64,000 nucleotides of DNA from Felis catus (Eukaryota), in assembly GCF_018350175.1 (NCBI RefSeq), contig NC_058368.1, positions 213,468,001 to 213,532,000 on the forward strand, read 5' to 3'. Made by a program: the position numbers and the translations under genes. This document shows positions 50,996 to 64,000 of this stretch, piece after piece (position 1 is the stretch's first letter; each line of letters starts with the position of its first letter). Under the pieces are notes generated by a model. That model had not been told where the DNA came from. It saw only the letters and a program-made list of their open reading frames with translations, and made no database searches.

Positions 50996-52304
50996 GAGTC
51001 ACTGAATGATTTCAAACCATTAGGTGACATGGCCAGATTCTCATTGAAAAACTGTCATTGGAGAACAGAAGTCAAAGTGGAGAAGCAAGACTTGGGAAAG
51101 AATGGCCAATCCTATGGACCAGGACTGCAGCTGATATGGGGGAGAGGGTCAGATTTAGGTATCTTGGAGGCTGAACTGGCAATCTTCTGTATTGGATGTA
51201 GGGGGTGAGTGGTGGATGGTGGAGACAGAGCCCTATCACTGAAGCCAGACCCCTCTGAGATGGATGAAAATTATTCAAATGACCATGGAATTTCACTGTC
51301 CCAGCTCAATGCATTCTTTTTTTTTCCTGCCTCTACTCCTCCAATTTGATATTCACCGTATGACTTTATTCTAAGCATGGTTCCATCTTTTTGGAAGGAA
51401 AATCTCATTGCTGTCTACTGTAGCCATGCAAAATAAATCACAGGGCTACTCATCACAGATCCTCAGCTTTCATATTACATTCACTCAACTAAGGCTTCGA
51501 GCACATGGTGACTTTACAGGTGCAAAAATAGTCAAGGTCTGAGTGGAGCCTGGCAGCAGGTTTAATCATTATCATCTGTGAAATAAAAGGCTTTGTAACT
51601 TGATTAAACAGTACCAGGTTTCTTTCATTTAAATGGTTCATTAGTGTTTAAAAGTGATAAAACAGAGAGTCTTAGACTGCAAACACAGAACTGAAAAAAT
51701 GAAGCTTTTTTCCCTGTAGTTCAGTACTTTTATAAGGCAGAGCAGGGGAGACCTCGGGCACACTGTCAAATCCAGAAGATACTTCATGCCAGCTGACCAA
51801 TTTCTGATCCTGCAGGGCTCTATCTCAGGCTTGGTTCTCCTGGTTAAGACCAGAGCTCAAGAGGATGGTGACAAATGATTGGTGTTGAGGCATCAGTGGT
51901 GAGCCAGGGAGAAACCCAGGTGTCCCCTCCTCTACAAGTGCTTTGTGAGGAAGGCAGAGAAGCTCAGAGAAGAGAGAACTGTGAAAGCAGGATGACTTTG
52001 GGTTTTGCGTGGATACTGGGTTTGGGATTGTCTACGAAAGCCTGGGCTGACAGGACAGAGACCCCTAACATACTGCATCGAAACATGTGCTTATGGAAAA
52101 TTAGTGCTGAGTTTCCCAAATAAACTATGTTATAATAGAATGCATTGCAATTCCTTTGGCAAAAATACAATAAACATATAAAATAATATATGATGAACTG
52201 GTAAACTTTTTAAAAAGATGTTATTTTTTAAAATGTTATTGGTGATGATGGGAACTGGCCACTGCTAGATGTCTAAATTAGTATAAATAATCTCTCTGGA
52301 GAAA

Positions 52305-53400
52305 GCCCGTTTTTTAATTAGATTATTTGTGGGTTTGGTGTTGAGTTATTTAAGTTCATTATATAATTTGAACACTAACCCTGTATCAGATATGCCATTT
52401 GCAAATATCTTCTCCCATTCAGTAGCTTGCCTTTTAGTTTTGTTGTTGTTCCTTTGCTGTGCAGAAGCTTTTTATTTTGATGTAGTCCCAACAGTTTATG
52501 TTTGCTTTGTTTCCCTTGCCTTAGGAAATATGTCTAGAAAAATGTTACTATGGTAGAGAAATTACTGTCTCTCTTCCAAAGATGACATACAGATAGCTAA
52601 CATACACGTGAAAAGATGCTCAACATCACCTATCATCAGGGAAATGCAAATCAAAACCACAATGAGGTATCACCTCATGCCTGCCAGAATGGCTAAAATA
52701 AAAAACACAGGAAACAATAAGTGTTGGTGAGGACGTAGAGAAAAAAGAACTGTCGTGTACTGTTGGGAATGCAGACTGGTGCAGCCATTGTGAAAAATAG
52801 TGTGGAGCTTCCTTAACAAATTAAAAACAGAGCTACCATATAATCCAGTAATTCCACTACTGGGTGTTTACCCAAAGAATACAAAAATACGAATTCAGAA
52901 AGATATGTGCAGTCTTATGTTTAAGTGGCATTATTTACAATAGTTCAATTATGGAAGCAGCCCAAATGTTCATTGATAGATGAATGGATAAAGATGTGAT
53001 ACACACACACACACACACACACAGGGAATATTATTCAGCCATAAAAGGATGAAATCTTACCATTTGCAACAACATGGATGGATCTAGACAGTACTATGCT
53101 AAGTGAAATAAATCAGAGAAAGACAAATACCATATGATTTCACTCATATGTGGAATTTAAGAAACAAAACAAATGAACAAAGGAAAAAAAGAGACAAACT
53201 GAAAACCAAACTCTTAACCATAGAGAACTGATGGTTACCAGAGGGGAAGAGGGTGGGGGATGGGAGAAATGGGTGAAGGGATAATAAAAAGTACACTTAT
53301 CATGATGAGCACCTAGGAATGTATAGAATTGTTGAGTCAGTATATTGTACATCTGAAACTAAGGTAACACTGTATGTTAACTGTACTAGAATTTAAAAAA
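52305..53400 (+). mobile_element. Older L1 3' end with ~265-bp 5' inversion
   Basis: 52305-52570 is antisense ORF2; about 52573-53400 is sense ORF2 end plus 3'UTR. Confidence 0.85.
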
Positions 53401-53898
53401 TACGTATGTGTGTAAAGAAAAATATCAAACAGAAAGGCATTAAAAATGTTAAATATGGCTATCTTTGAGTAGGATCATGGGTGATTTATACGGTCTTGTG
53501 GGATTTTTCTTTTTTGTGTGTGTGGCATTTTTCTGATCAAAAATCACTTATATAGTGAAAATAGTATTATAATCAGAAAAATTCATTTAAATTATATGTA
53601 ATAAATTATAATAAATTAATCAATTATAAATTTATGCAAATAAGTATAATTTAAAAATATGTAACACGATGTATTTAATATAGAGAAAGGCCCATTTACT
53701 AGAGCAGTATTTAGTGTAAAAAATTTGCAATTAAAGAATTCCTTGGTGTTTTTTGTTGAGAGTACAAGTGATGAATTTTTAAAAACGAACATGACTGTAA
53801 CCTCTCCACAAAGACTGCTGTGCCACACACATGGCACTTTATCAGAGGAGGCACAGAGCTATAGAGCCTCTTCCTCTCTTTAAGATCCTGAGCTTGAT

Positions 53899-54121
53899 GG
53901 GGCCCCTGGGTGGCTCAGTCGGTTAAGCGGCCGACTTCAGCTCAGGTCACGATCTCGCGGTCCGTGAGTTCAAGCCCCGTGTCGGGCTCTGTGCTGACAG
54001 CTCAGAGCTCAGAGCCTGGAGCCTGTTTCAGATTCTGTGTCTCCCTCTCTCTGACCCTCCCCCATTCATGCTCTGTCTCTCTCTGTCTCAAAAATAAATA
54101 AACATTAAAAAAAAAAAAAAA
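53899..54121 (+). mobile_element. CAN-SINE
   Basis: TSD aagatcctgagcttg; internal 7-bp duplication gctcaga. Confidence 0.93.
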
Positions 54122-54629
54122 GATCCTGAGCTTGCTCAGCATTCTGTTGAGAAGCGGCCAAGCCAACCCAGGGCAGCGTCCCCAGCAGTGGGGTCCCATG
54201 AGGGGAGGTCCCCGTGGGAGGGGGCCGGGCTGCAGAGACTTCAGGGAAGGAAGCCTGGTTAGTCAGGTGGAAATATGGGAGTGGTGCTGGAGTTGAGAAG
54301 TCTCTGGTGGGGCTGCCACATATTTCTTGTGCCAGGGATGAGAAGGAGCAGAGGGTAACTGCTGTGTCAACACAGAGAACGCAGGGCTCCTAGGGCTGGG
54401 AGGTCACGGGGAGGAAGACGGGTAGGCAGTAGTGAGAGGCAGTGGGGAGGAGACATCTGACGTTGAAGCCTGTTCCAGGCGTATTCAAAGACCATCCCTG
54501 AAGGCTCAGGAGGCCGGAACGTCAATATTAGCCCAAAGACCCTTTGAGGCTGCCACACTGTGGTCAGCTGTGGGCCTCGGAGTAACCATAATTTTCATGG
54601 TGGATAAATCCAGTTCAATTTTGGTGTCA

Positions 54630-55470
54630 TTTTCAGTAGCATTCAATGAATGCTTACTCTGCTGTTTGATTTTGAATTCATTTAGTTATTTATAACTCAG
54701 CACCAGATGTACTGGCTAAATTCTAGGGATTCACTGGGAACCCAATCCAGTCATCACGTTCCCTTACCTCATGGAGTTTTAGAGTTGGACGGGAGAAGCA
54801 GATCTTAATCATATAATCACAAATCCAAACGTGATAAGCAGTTCACAGGAGAGCCACATAACCATGCTAGGAGAGCTAAGAGATTTTTGTTTTAAAGCTA
54901 GTTTAAGCTTTTTTTTTTTTTAAGTTTATTTTTGAGAGAAAGAAAAAGTGTGAGCAGGGAAGGGGCAGAGAGCAAGGAGGAGAGAGGACTGGAAACGGGC
55001 TTATGCTGACAGCAGAGAGCCTGATACAGGGCTCAAACTCATGAACCGTGAGCTCATGACCTGAGCTGATATCCGACTGAGCCACTCAGATGCCCCAGAG
55101 AGCTAACAGATTTAATATACGTGGGTATAGCTTCTCTGACGCAGTAACACTATGGGATCCCAAAGATGGATAGAGTCATCTTATTCAGGCAGAGGATTCC
55201 AGAGAGACAGAAGAGCATTTGCAAAGGTCCTGTGGCAGAAAAACATGTAGCCATCATGAGGGACCACAGGAAGGGCAGTGTAGTGGTTGCTTAGGAGTGA
55301 TGAGCTCTGTGAGAAAGAAGTAAGGTTCAAGAAGTAGGCAGGAGCCAAGGAGGCAGTGTAAACCACGGAAATTAGTTTGGTCTCTACCCTAACTAAAAGT
55401 AAAAGTGAGGGAAGCCACTGAGTGGTGTCATAATCCAAAGAAATGGGAATAATTGCAGTTGTTTTTAAAC
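54630..55470. mobile_element. L2 relic (similar relics near 47500-47830 and 50230-51200)
   Basis: cattcaatgaatgcttact, agcatttgcaaaggtcctgtggcag, gggaagccactga motifs. Confidence 0.5.
54909..55096 (-). mobile_element. CAN-SINE
   Basis: Reverse head with small deletion. Confidence 0.85.
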
Positions 55471-56296
55471 TGTTCACCTTAATGCCATTCATTCAGCTCT
55501 GGCTTATTTGCTTTACAGGTTAGCCTTCTGAGAAAGTTCTGTGAAGGAAGAGCAGCTAGAAAAATGTTTCAAATCAACACTGGGCTTATACAATGCCTCT
55601 GGGCAAATTACAAAAAGGCATCTCTTCTTTAAGATGCTTTCCTTCTTTTATTGGCAAATTGTCTTGATTATTGATTTTGTTAGAGCAAAACTCTTTATTG
55701 CTATCTTCCAGAAAACTGCCATAATAAATGTAAAAGCCCCCAATTTTTATGACGTGAATGTGCTTCCTTAGATGTAGCACTTTTGTGCAGTCCACACTCG
55801 CACAACCATCCTCAGTGACCCTAGATGTCTAGAAATCAAAGAGAAAGGAGAAGAGCAACTTTTTCTTCCTTAAAATAAAATAGCACACTGTGTAAATGTA
55901 ACAAAAATGCAATTTTTTTGGTCTTCTGAGGCCTAATTTAACCAAAACTAATTTTCTAATGCTTACCCATGCTGCCTAGGTTTAGTGCTGGTGGGACAGA
56001 GTAAGGGTCTTCAAATGGCAGAAGGAGGGCCCCCTCTCCATGGCTGATTGGATGGGGAACAAGAGCTAACAAGAGTTTACACTGAAAATGACACATCTAT
56101 CAGATCTGGGGTCCAAAGAGGAAACCATGGGGCCACACTGCAACCACAGTTAACCAAAAGCCCTCCGGACTCTGTGTGCCAGCAGACCATGAGGGTGTGA
56201 AACATCACAGGCCACGTAAGAGCTCCGAGCCATGCAAGAGTCCCAGTTCCATTAAAATTGTAAAACATATCTTTTTTTTTTAAGGGGTGCTAACAC

Positions 56297-56712
56297 TTTT
56301 TTAAAGTTTATTTATTTTTGAGAGAGAGAGTGAGAGAGAGAGCGACCAAGCATGAGTGGGGGGCGGGCAGAGAGAGAGGGAGACACAGTATCCGAAATGG
56401 GCTCCAGGCTCTGAACTGTCAGCACAGAGCCCAACACAGGGCTTGAACTCACGAACTGTGAGACCATGACCTGAGCCGAAGTCGGACGCTTAACTGACTG
56501 AGCCACCCAGGTGCCCCAAAATTCTAAGACATATCTGCACAACTTTGCCCGAATGGGTTTTGTGTTATTGTAACATTCCACTTCTCAACCAGAATCTCTC
56601 CATCTAAGCCTGTTTGCTTGTTTGTTTATTTATTTATTTGGTTTATTTAGTTTGAAAGAGCACATGCAAGTGGGGGAGGGGCAGAGAGAGAGAGGGAAGA
56701 GAGAGAAAAGAG

Positions 56713-56772
<60 letters not shown>

Positions 56773-57275
56773 CCCAAGAAGGCCCTGTGCTGTCATTGTG
56801 GAGCCTAATGTGGGGCTCAAACTCACAAACTGTGAGATCATGACTGGAGTTGAAACCAAGAGTGGGACGCTTAACTGACTGAGCCACCCAGGAGCCCCTC
56901 TCCTGGGTGGCTTAAATTCACAAACATTACTTTTCAAACCTACACCAAGAAGTGGCAATAAAATTCTCATATATATTAATTAGTAAGCATGCTAGAAATT
57001 GATATACACACTGAACTTAATACACAGTTGCTCTCTCATCCCATTTCCAGTTTCAATGTTTTCTCTTTTTTTTTTATTAATATTTATTTTGAGACAGAGC
57101 ATATGTGTGTGTGTGTGGGCGAGGGAGGAACAGAGAGAACGCGCACGAGAGAGAATCCAAAGCAGGCTCTGTGCTGAGCACAGAGCCTGACACAGGCTCA
57201 ATTTCACAACCATGAGATCATTACCCAAGCTGGTCAAGAGTCAGACATCCAACCAACCGAGTCACCCACGCACCC
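56297..57275 (-). mobile_element. Cluster of three same-orientation CAN-SINEs (56297-56517, 56611-56898, 57066-57275)
   Basis: Three reverse heads with T-rich tails and (GA)n tracts. Confidence 0.9.
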
Positions 57276-57484
57276 CTCCATGTTTTTTCTTAAATGAAAA
57301 TCATTACTCTCATGGATTTGTCTCAAAGACCGTGACAAAAAAATAAAAAGAACACCCTGTGGTCCTCTCCCATCTGGGTCTCTACCCTACTATCTTAAGC
57401 TATTATCTTTGATCCTGCCTTCAACATCTTCGGGGACACATCATTTTCCAGCACAGCAGCTGGGGAAACCAAAGGCACACTTAC

Positions 57485-57640
57485 TGCTCCCTGGACGGAA
57501 GACGAGCCAGGTCCTTCGTCCTCTTCCCCGTCTGGCTCCTGGTCCTCGTTGTCGGTCCAAGAGGACACGTCCTCTACTGAACTGGTCAGATCAGGCAAAC
57601 TCTTAGATGTCAACCTCAGGAGGTCCTCTGTGGAGCTTTC
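57485..57640 (-). CDS. PDZD2: PDZD2 coding exon (156 nt), acidic linker
   Basis: cccctag|GAA ... GCA|gtaagt, phase 0-0. ESSTEDLLRLTSKSLPDLTSSVEDVSSWTDNEDQEPDGEEDEGPGSSSVQGA. Confidence 0.93.
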
Positions 57641-58548
57641 CTAGGGGGACACAATTAAAGGGCTATGAATTACCCCATGGCACCAAGCAGTTCTGGATCA
57701 AGGTCAAGGAAAACCTAGAAGAGGCAGCTGTGAGCGTGGCCACGAGCTCTGAACAACCGAAAGACCGGATGGAATGTATGTCCCACACTTCAGGTTGGCA
57801 GGGTTACCACATGTCAGGGGCGCAGACCCAATTTAAATCCCAACCAATTTTTTTTTTCCCTGAAAAACCTGTTTCATAGACAGATGTTTCTACAGGCAAT
57901 CCAAATTCTCTGTCCTTTAGATTCTTTGATATCCTGCCTTACTTTACACTTTAAGCCCCCTCATTGGCAGGTCAGGATCTTAGAGCAGTCACTTCTGCCC
58001 AGCATTCCAAACACACCTCCCTCCATTGTCCCCTCCAACCCATACCTTCCGTGCCAGCAGTACTGACCTTCTGACATGCCAGGCTCTCTCCTGCTCTACG
58101 TCCTTTTCCACCAGCAGCTCCCTCTGCCCAGGGAGCTCAGTTTTGCAGATCAGCTTTAGCACCCTCCCCTGCAAGCCTTCCTGGATGAGCTCAGGAGCCA
58201 TTCTGCATGTCTTTCCCTTCTTCCCAAATGTCCTTTACTGTTTCTTTCATCGCCCTGCATGTATGTCTAAGTATGCCTATCTCTCCTGCTCATCGGAGCG
58301 TTCCCCAAACTGAATGCCATTTCTACTCTTTGCTGTGTCCCCAGGCCCAGCACACAGCTCTAATATCCATGTGCTCCTCCCCCTCACTGCTCATCTCACT
58401 AGCATACGAGATTTCATTCACTGAAGAGAGATCAGACTGTTGATTGAATCATAACCCCAAAGTGGAGACTGATAACGTCTCTTCAAAGAAAGAAGCCCTT
58501 GAACACTTTTTAGAGGTCAACAAAAATACATGGAATCAGACTCCATTT

Positions 58549-58765
58549 ATTTTATTTTTTTTTAACGTTTCTTTATTTTTGAGACAGAGAGAGACAGAGC
58601 ATGAACGGGGGAGGGTCAGAGAGAGGGAGACACAAAATCTGAAACAGACTCCAGGCTCTGAGCTGTCAGCACAGAGCCCGACGCGGGGCTCGAACTCACG
58701 GACCGCGAGATCATGACCTGAGCCGAAGTCAGCTGCTTGACCGACTGAGCCACCCAGGCGCCCCC
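58549..58765 (-). mobile_element. Young CAN-SINE
   Basis: CpG-rich; TSD agactccattta. Confidence 0.92.
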
Positions 58766-59726
58766 AGACTCCATTTAGAGTATAAAGAAGGCTTCATCAT
58801 AGCCCTTCCTTCCTACACACAGACAAGGCCACAGGGGTGAGTGGGATGCAGGCAAGGTCAAAGAGGCCACTCGACAATCTCACACGCAAGTGAGGTGCAC
58901 ACAGCCGCCAAGAACTCTCGGAGAAACACCACAGCATAGGAGGCCAGGGAGTAGGGGTGGCTGATCTGAGGCCATAAAAGAGAGAAATGCGTCCTCCCCT
59001 CCTTCTCCCACAGCTGTTTCTACAGGAAGGAAGCATGTAGAAAGTTCTGATCATCATATTCCTCAGGACTTGACAGAAAAGAGAACAATAACACAAGACG
59101 CCCATCTTAAACAACAGGTGTTACAGACTACTAGTGAGTAGGTATACTGGTGACAGTAACACTTGTTACTAGTTTGATGCAGGTCCAACTTTGGAGGTAC
59201 CTGAAGCTCATTCCTGTCAGGTCAGTAATTGTGAATACTACACAGTTAGACCTTATCTGAGGGAAGGAGCAAAAGCTGTGAAGCAAAAAGTGAGTTCAGC
59301 TCTCTTCTGTGATGTCAACTCGGCTAGACCATTAACAGAAAAGAGTTTTTTAAAAAAAGATGAAGGTCCCAACTGGTGAGTAAGTTGCACAACAGGACAG
59401 AATACATGGTCATTAAAAATGGGGCTACAGCAACGTACATTCTGAGGTGGAAAGACTCTTACAGTATGCTACTTAGTGAAAAAGGCAGATGGAAAAGCAA
59501 CATTGCCATATTAATAATGGATGTAACAATAAGCTGGATGTGTTAACACGTGATAACCATAAAGGCAAACCTTTCTCCACATGCTTGTTGCAACCAGCTG
59601 CATTGTTTGGGCTCTTTATATTTCATTCAACCTTCCTGATATTCCACGAAGCAGTTATGGATTCTTATTATCCAGGTGAGAACCCCAAGGTCAAAAAAAA
59701 TGTAGTAATGTGCTCAAGATATACAG

Positions 59727-59959
59727 TTTTTATTTATTTTTATTTTTAAATTTTATTTTACGTTTTTATTTGAGAGAGAGAGAGAGAGAGAGAGAGAATG
59801 CGAGTTGGGGAGAGGGACAGAGGGAGAAAGAGAGAGGGAGACAGAATCTTAAGCAGGCACCATGCTCAAAACGGAGCCTGATGTGAGGCTCGATCCAATC
59901 ATGACCCAAGCCGAAATCAAGAGTTCAACGCTCAACTGACTGAACCACCCAGGCGCCCC
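59727..59959 (-). mobile_element. CAN-SINE
   Basis: TSD atatacag. Confidence 0.9.
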
Positions 59960-60824
59960 AAAATATACAGCTTTTTTAAAGGCTGTGCCTCTGAAGTCTA
60001 TGCAGGTCTGCCTCCAGGGGCAATCCATCTCCTTGTGTTTGACTCCATTAAAAAAACACGTCTGGAAGGACAGACAAATAAGTTAATGGAAAGAATTACT
60101 GGTGGCATTATGAAAATTTTATCTTCCTTTTCTTGTAGGTTTTCTACATTAGATATAATAAATGCGTATTACTTGTTAATAAAAACAAAGTGATAAAAAG
60201 AGAGAAATCATATTGCTACGCATGTACTTCCAGGAATATGAAAGCAAACTTGGATATTCTGATTTCATTCGTTCAACAAAAACCTTCTAAGCTCCCATGT
60301 ATATTTGTGTGGAAACACAAGACATCCTGTCCCAAAGAAAGTAACTGTTATATCTTCAAAACAACACCCTAAAGTTTGGGGACAAAGGGAATGTGTTCTA
60401 CAATAATAATTTATATTCTTACTATTCTTTCTATTCAGCAAATAAAAATCTCTTTTTTTCCCCTCCCTCTCTTCAAACGTAAAGAGAAAATAAAGACTGG
60501 ATTACTCGCTCTTGTTAGATAAAGACGAGGAATGGATGCCAGGAGGTGTGGAAAGGCAGACTTTTGAGCATCTCAGATGGCGCCGATTAAGTTCAGGAAC
60601 AAAGAGTGGGCAGCTGCTATGGCAACGTATTGCCTGGATGGAAACAGAGTCAATGGGAAGAGGTGAAAGGTGTCACTCCTTTGTGGTCTGGGTCATTTTT
60701 AGGCCCATTATTCAGTACAGATGGCCAACAGCAATAGATTGACAATGGGAACACCCATTCCTGGATCCAGACTGCTGCTCAGCCTTACAAAGACCCAGTG
60801 AGTGTCCTTAAAAGTCAAAGCCTT

Positions 60825-61000
60825 GGGGTGCCTGGGTGGCTCAGCTGGTTAGGCATCAGACTCTTGGTTTCGGCTAGGGTCACGATCTCATGGCTGGTGA
60901 GTTCAACCCCTGCATCAGGCTCTGTGCTGACACCCTCTCTCTGCTCCTTCCCTGCTCTCTCTCTCTCTCTCAAAATAAACAAATAAACTTAAAAAGAAAA
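60825..61000 (+). mobile_element. CAN-SINE
   Basis: TSD aaaagtcaaagcct. Confidence 0.9.
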
Positions 61001-62777
61001 AAGTCAAAGCCTCTAGCAGGAACACATTACCTCTCTCTAATACCATTGGCTCTGTGTCCTTTCTATCTTATTTGACTAAGAGACAGCTTGGTATATGGAA
61101 AGAAGTTAACGTTGAAGTCTTATGGACCCGCAACGGAACATGCTATTGCCACCCACTGCTTGTGTGACCTCTGGGTCAATTAATTAACCCCTCAGATTTT
61201 TACTTCATCTTTTGGAAAAAAGAACGAATAGCTCTCTCATGGGATTTCAAGAATTAAATGAAATCATAGGTAAAAAGCACCTAGCATCCAGTGTGTCCCT
61301 GATACACATTAGTGCCCTTTCTTTGAGTTGGTGAACAGGACCACAGATCAGGCATCATCCAGGAGGCCAGCCTTCAACACCCTCCTGTACTTTCCTTAAT
61401 TATGCTTATCCACAAGTGGACCTTTTTCGTTTTTATTTTATGTTTTCTTTGTTCTGTGTGTTTGTGGATAATAGCTTGACATAGAAGAGATTCTCCCTTC
61501 TCCATTTTCTGAACTAGCAGGAGAAAGAAGTCAGCGTAGAAGTAAAGGTTTGGTGGCCGTGGTATAATGCATGTGCCGGAGTCCCTGTGTTCTTGAGCCA
61601 TAGACTGTGAGGAGGAGACAGCAGGGCTCCCGGCGGTATCTCTGGGAGGAGAGGAGAGCACTGTGAATGGAGGCTGTCTCAACTCCTGCCTCCGGGGCCT
61701 CAAAGCCAACCCTTCCTCCCAAGTCTGTGTCAAGGCTCTGTGTTCTCGTTGGAAGCCTGAGAATCTGGGTTAAGGGATTGGGGTGAAAGGTGTGAAAAGA
61801 AGAAAACAGATTTTTCAGATAGTTTAAAATATTCTAATTATTAAATACTCCAAAAATAGGCACTAGACCTTGTAATCTAAGAGAGAAAATACAGAAGAGT
61901 CTGTGGATGCGAGGTTCAAAAAAACAGCAGGGATAACGAGGAAAGAATGAGCCACGCTGGCAAGAGCGTATTGCCGCGAAGGGTGGAGCACCGGGGTGGT
62001 TTCCCACCACTGCTTACAGGAATTAGAATGAATCCCAGGTTCCACTGCACTAGCTCCTGAGTCCTGGGGACACTTTCCTGTCTTATCAACAGCAGACGGG
62101 ACCACGGGGTAGAAGCAAGAGGGTTCAGGTCCTCCTCCTTTTGGTCACACAGCTGTGGAGGCCTGCAGCCTTCATCCAGGGCGCTAAGACACCAGGGGAC
62201 AAGCAGATGCTGGGGCCCAGGACCTCAGTGATATTTTAACACACTCTGGGGATGGGGATACAAGAAACACCAGCCTGAGCCCCTTATGAAAAGGAGGTGG
62301 CAGCCAGAGGAAGGGGACAGACACTGGCTGCGCATCAAGAAGATAGCAGATAGCATCTAGGCCTCTGTGAGATGGGAACCAGCCATGGGAGTTAGTCCTC
62401 ACTGGCTCCTTGGGGAAACTGAGGACGGAGCGGAGGACGGTGACCAGACAAACAGGATTCACAGGGCTTCCTGCAGCACCAACACTCCGTGAGGCCATGA
62501 GTCAGAACCAGGGCCTGTGGCCTGCCTGTGACTAGCCCTAAACCTTTCTTCCTTCGGGACCTGGAAAATGCACAGCTCCATGCCTCTGGCATCCCTGCCA
62601 TCCGGCGGGCCTCCATGTCTCTTCTTCAGTGTCTCCTTGGGAGAGAGGCTACTCTCTCCACCCTGAATTTCTGTCCACCCTACCATCCTTCCCTTTTCCT
62701 TAGTCTGAGCACTGCTCTTCCATCTACTAACTATTTCAGCTAAAGGCTGTCCTCATGGGCTTACACTATAGAATCAC

Positions 62778-62838
62778 AGCTGTTTAAATGGCCCAAGTAT
62801 GTGTATGTGCGAGTGTGAGCTGTTTAAATGGCCCAAGT
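62778..62838. repeat. 21-bp perfect direct repeat with 40-bp period
   Basis: agctgtttaaatggcccaagt at 62778-62798 and 62818-62838. Confidence 0.95.
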
Positions 62839-62940
62839 GTGAGCATGTGTGTCAGTGTTTGTGTGCGGGATGGGGAGGGCTCAAATCCGAATTCACCACC
62901 ATCATTAAAAATAGATATAAAAAATAACCAAACTACCTAC

Positions 62941-63073
62941 CTTGCTGGCTACCACCAGCTGAACCATTCCAGTGGCTGAGCGAAGAATGGCCACCGCTTC
63001 CTCATGGGAGAGACCCACCAATAAGTGACCATTGATTACCAGCAGCTCGTCTCCTAAGGACAGTCTGCCATCC
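62941..63073 (-). CDS. PDZD2: PDZD2 coding exon (133 nt), C-terminal half of a PDZ domain
   Basis: Acceptor tttcctcag|G, donor AAG|gtaggt. Encodes (R)DGRLSLGDELLVINGHLLVGLSHEEAVAILRSATGMVQLVVASK, matching PDZD2 as I recall it. Confidence 0.95.
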
Positions 63074-64000
63074 CTGAGGAAATGGAGATGGGAAAAAAAT
63101 CCCTTGTGAAGATATTCTGGGCTTGAGAAGGGACATTTTCCTGGAGCTGGGGAGGGTCGTGAGAGGGCACAGTTAAAATCAGGCTGAGGATAAAGGAAGG
63201 TGGCCAGCAATAGTTTGGGATGGGATTTATCCTTTGGTCTGGCTGGGTCCCCTGATGCCCACTTAGGGAAGCTCCATGATTTCAAGTGGTCGCCTGGTAG
63301 TAGGCAAGTTCTTAAGTCACTACCATATCTTGCATCAACTTTAATGAAATGCCTCCCATCCAGGGGGAGACAATGATAGAGGAACGAAGACCCCATGGTT
63401 TTTGGACAGTTAAGTCATTCTTATCTCAATCCTATCTGCCATCCTGCCCTCACAACTGAGTTCTCGCTGAGTCACTGAGCTAAGCACCCCCAAACAAAGG
63501 TGTCTTAAGCTTGACCAAAAGCCTTGTCTAAACTGCTGCCCTCTCTCTTTCCAGGTGACACGCCCTCGTCCCCAAAACACACAGTTATAGGACCTTGAGG
63601 ATGAGGTTTCTTTCCATCCTACAGCCAAGCTTCACCAGCAGAAGGATGAATACAAAAGCAAACAAACAGAATGACCAATTTACTGCTATTGCAGCTATCA
63701 GACCTGGTCTACAAATGTTTCTTTATTCCCTCTAAAGTAAATTATAGCTAACTAACAGCTTCCTTCCCATTGGGCTGGCAAGAGGCTCAAGGGTGGGTCA
63801 AGGGTCTGCCATGGCACCCTGTGTCAGAGCATTGCACAGGCCCTTTCAGTCACGGTGGGTCGGCAGTCTTGTGGGTTCCACTTGAACCTCCAATGGTCTG
63901 GCCTCCCATGATCCCAAAGGAGGTTTTTCATCTCCATTGCTAAATATGGGATAGGAAATCTGGTGATGCAGATGGACCCTAAGCCTAGGACCCCACCATC

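Noticed and set aside
60570..60590. CTCF site at cagatggcgcc
   Set aside because: The 5' half does not fit the CCASYAGRKGGC consensus.
63074..63396. N-terminal extension of the 163-aa ORF as a first coding exon
   Set aside because: PDZ similarity starts exactly at the acceptor before 63073, mid-domain; the upstream part is open intron.
1..64000. Prokaryote-style novel system (CRISPR array, operon, defence island)
   Set aside because: The sequence is a spliced mammalian gene; the recurring repeats are dispersed SINEs with TSDs, not repeat-spacer arrays.

Overview
Mammalian genomic DNA, almost certainly a felid (dense CAN-SINE/SINEC_Fc-type SINEs and carnivore L1s). The whole window lies inside one minus-strand gene, PDZD2 (multi-PDZ protein). 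I resolved 14 consecutive GT-AG coding exons (63073 down to the window edge, 1755 nt, about 585 codons) that join into one uninterrupted frame covering the end of one PDZ domain, two further complete PDZ domains and flanking low-complexity linkers. The introns, including one of 31.75 kb, hold about 32 CAN-SINEs, several L1 pieces, an ERVL-type solo LTR, old DNA-transposon relics, MIR/L2 relics and microsatellites. Nearly all other ORFs in the track are repeat-derived or chance. I see no evidence for a new biological system. The best leads are fine-scale: a candidate 72-nt stop-containing cryptic exon, AG|GT re-splicing-type motifs, an apparently templated insertion in the LTR matching DNA 5.5 kb away, two twin-primed L1 inversions, and an unclassified ~265-bp structured insert. 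Repeat family names and the PDZD2 match are recalled from memory, not searched, and repeat boundaries are approximate.
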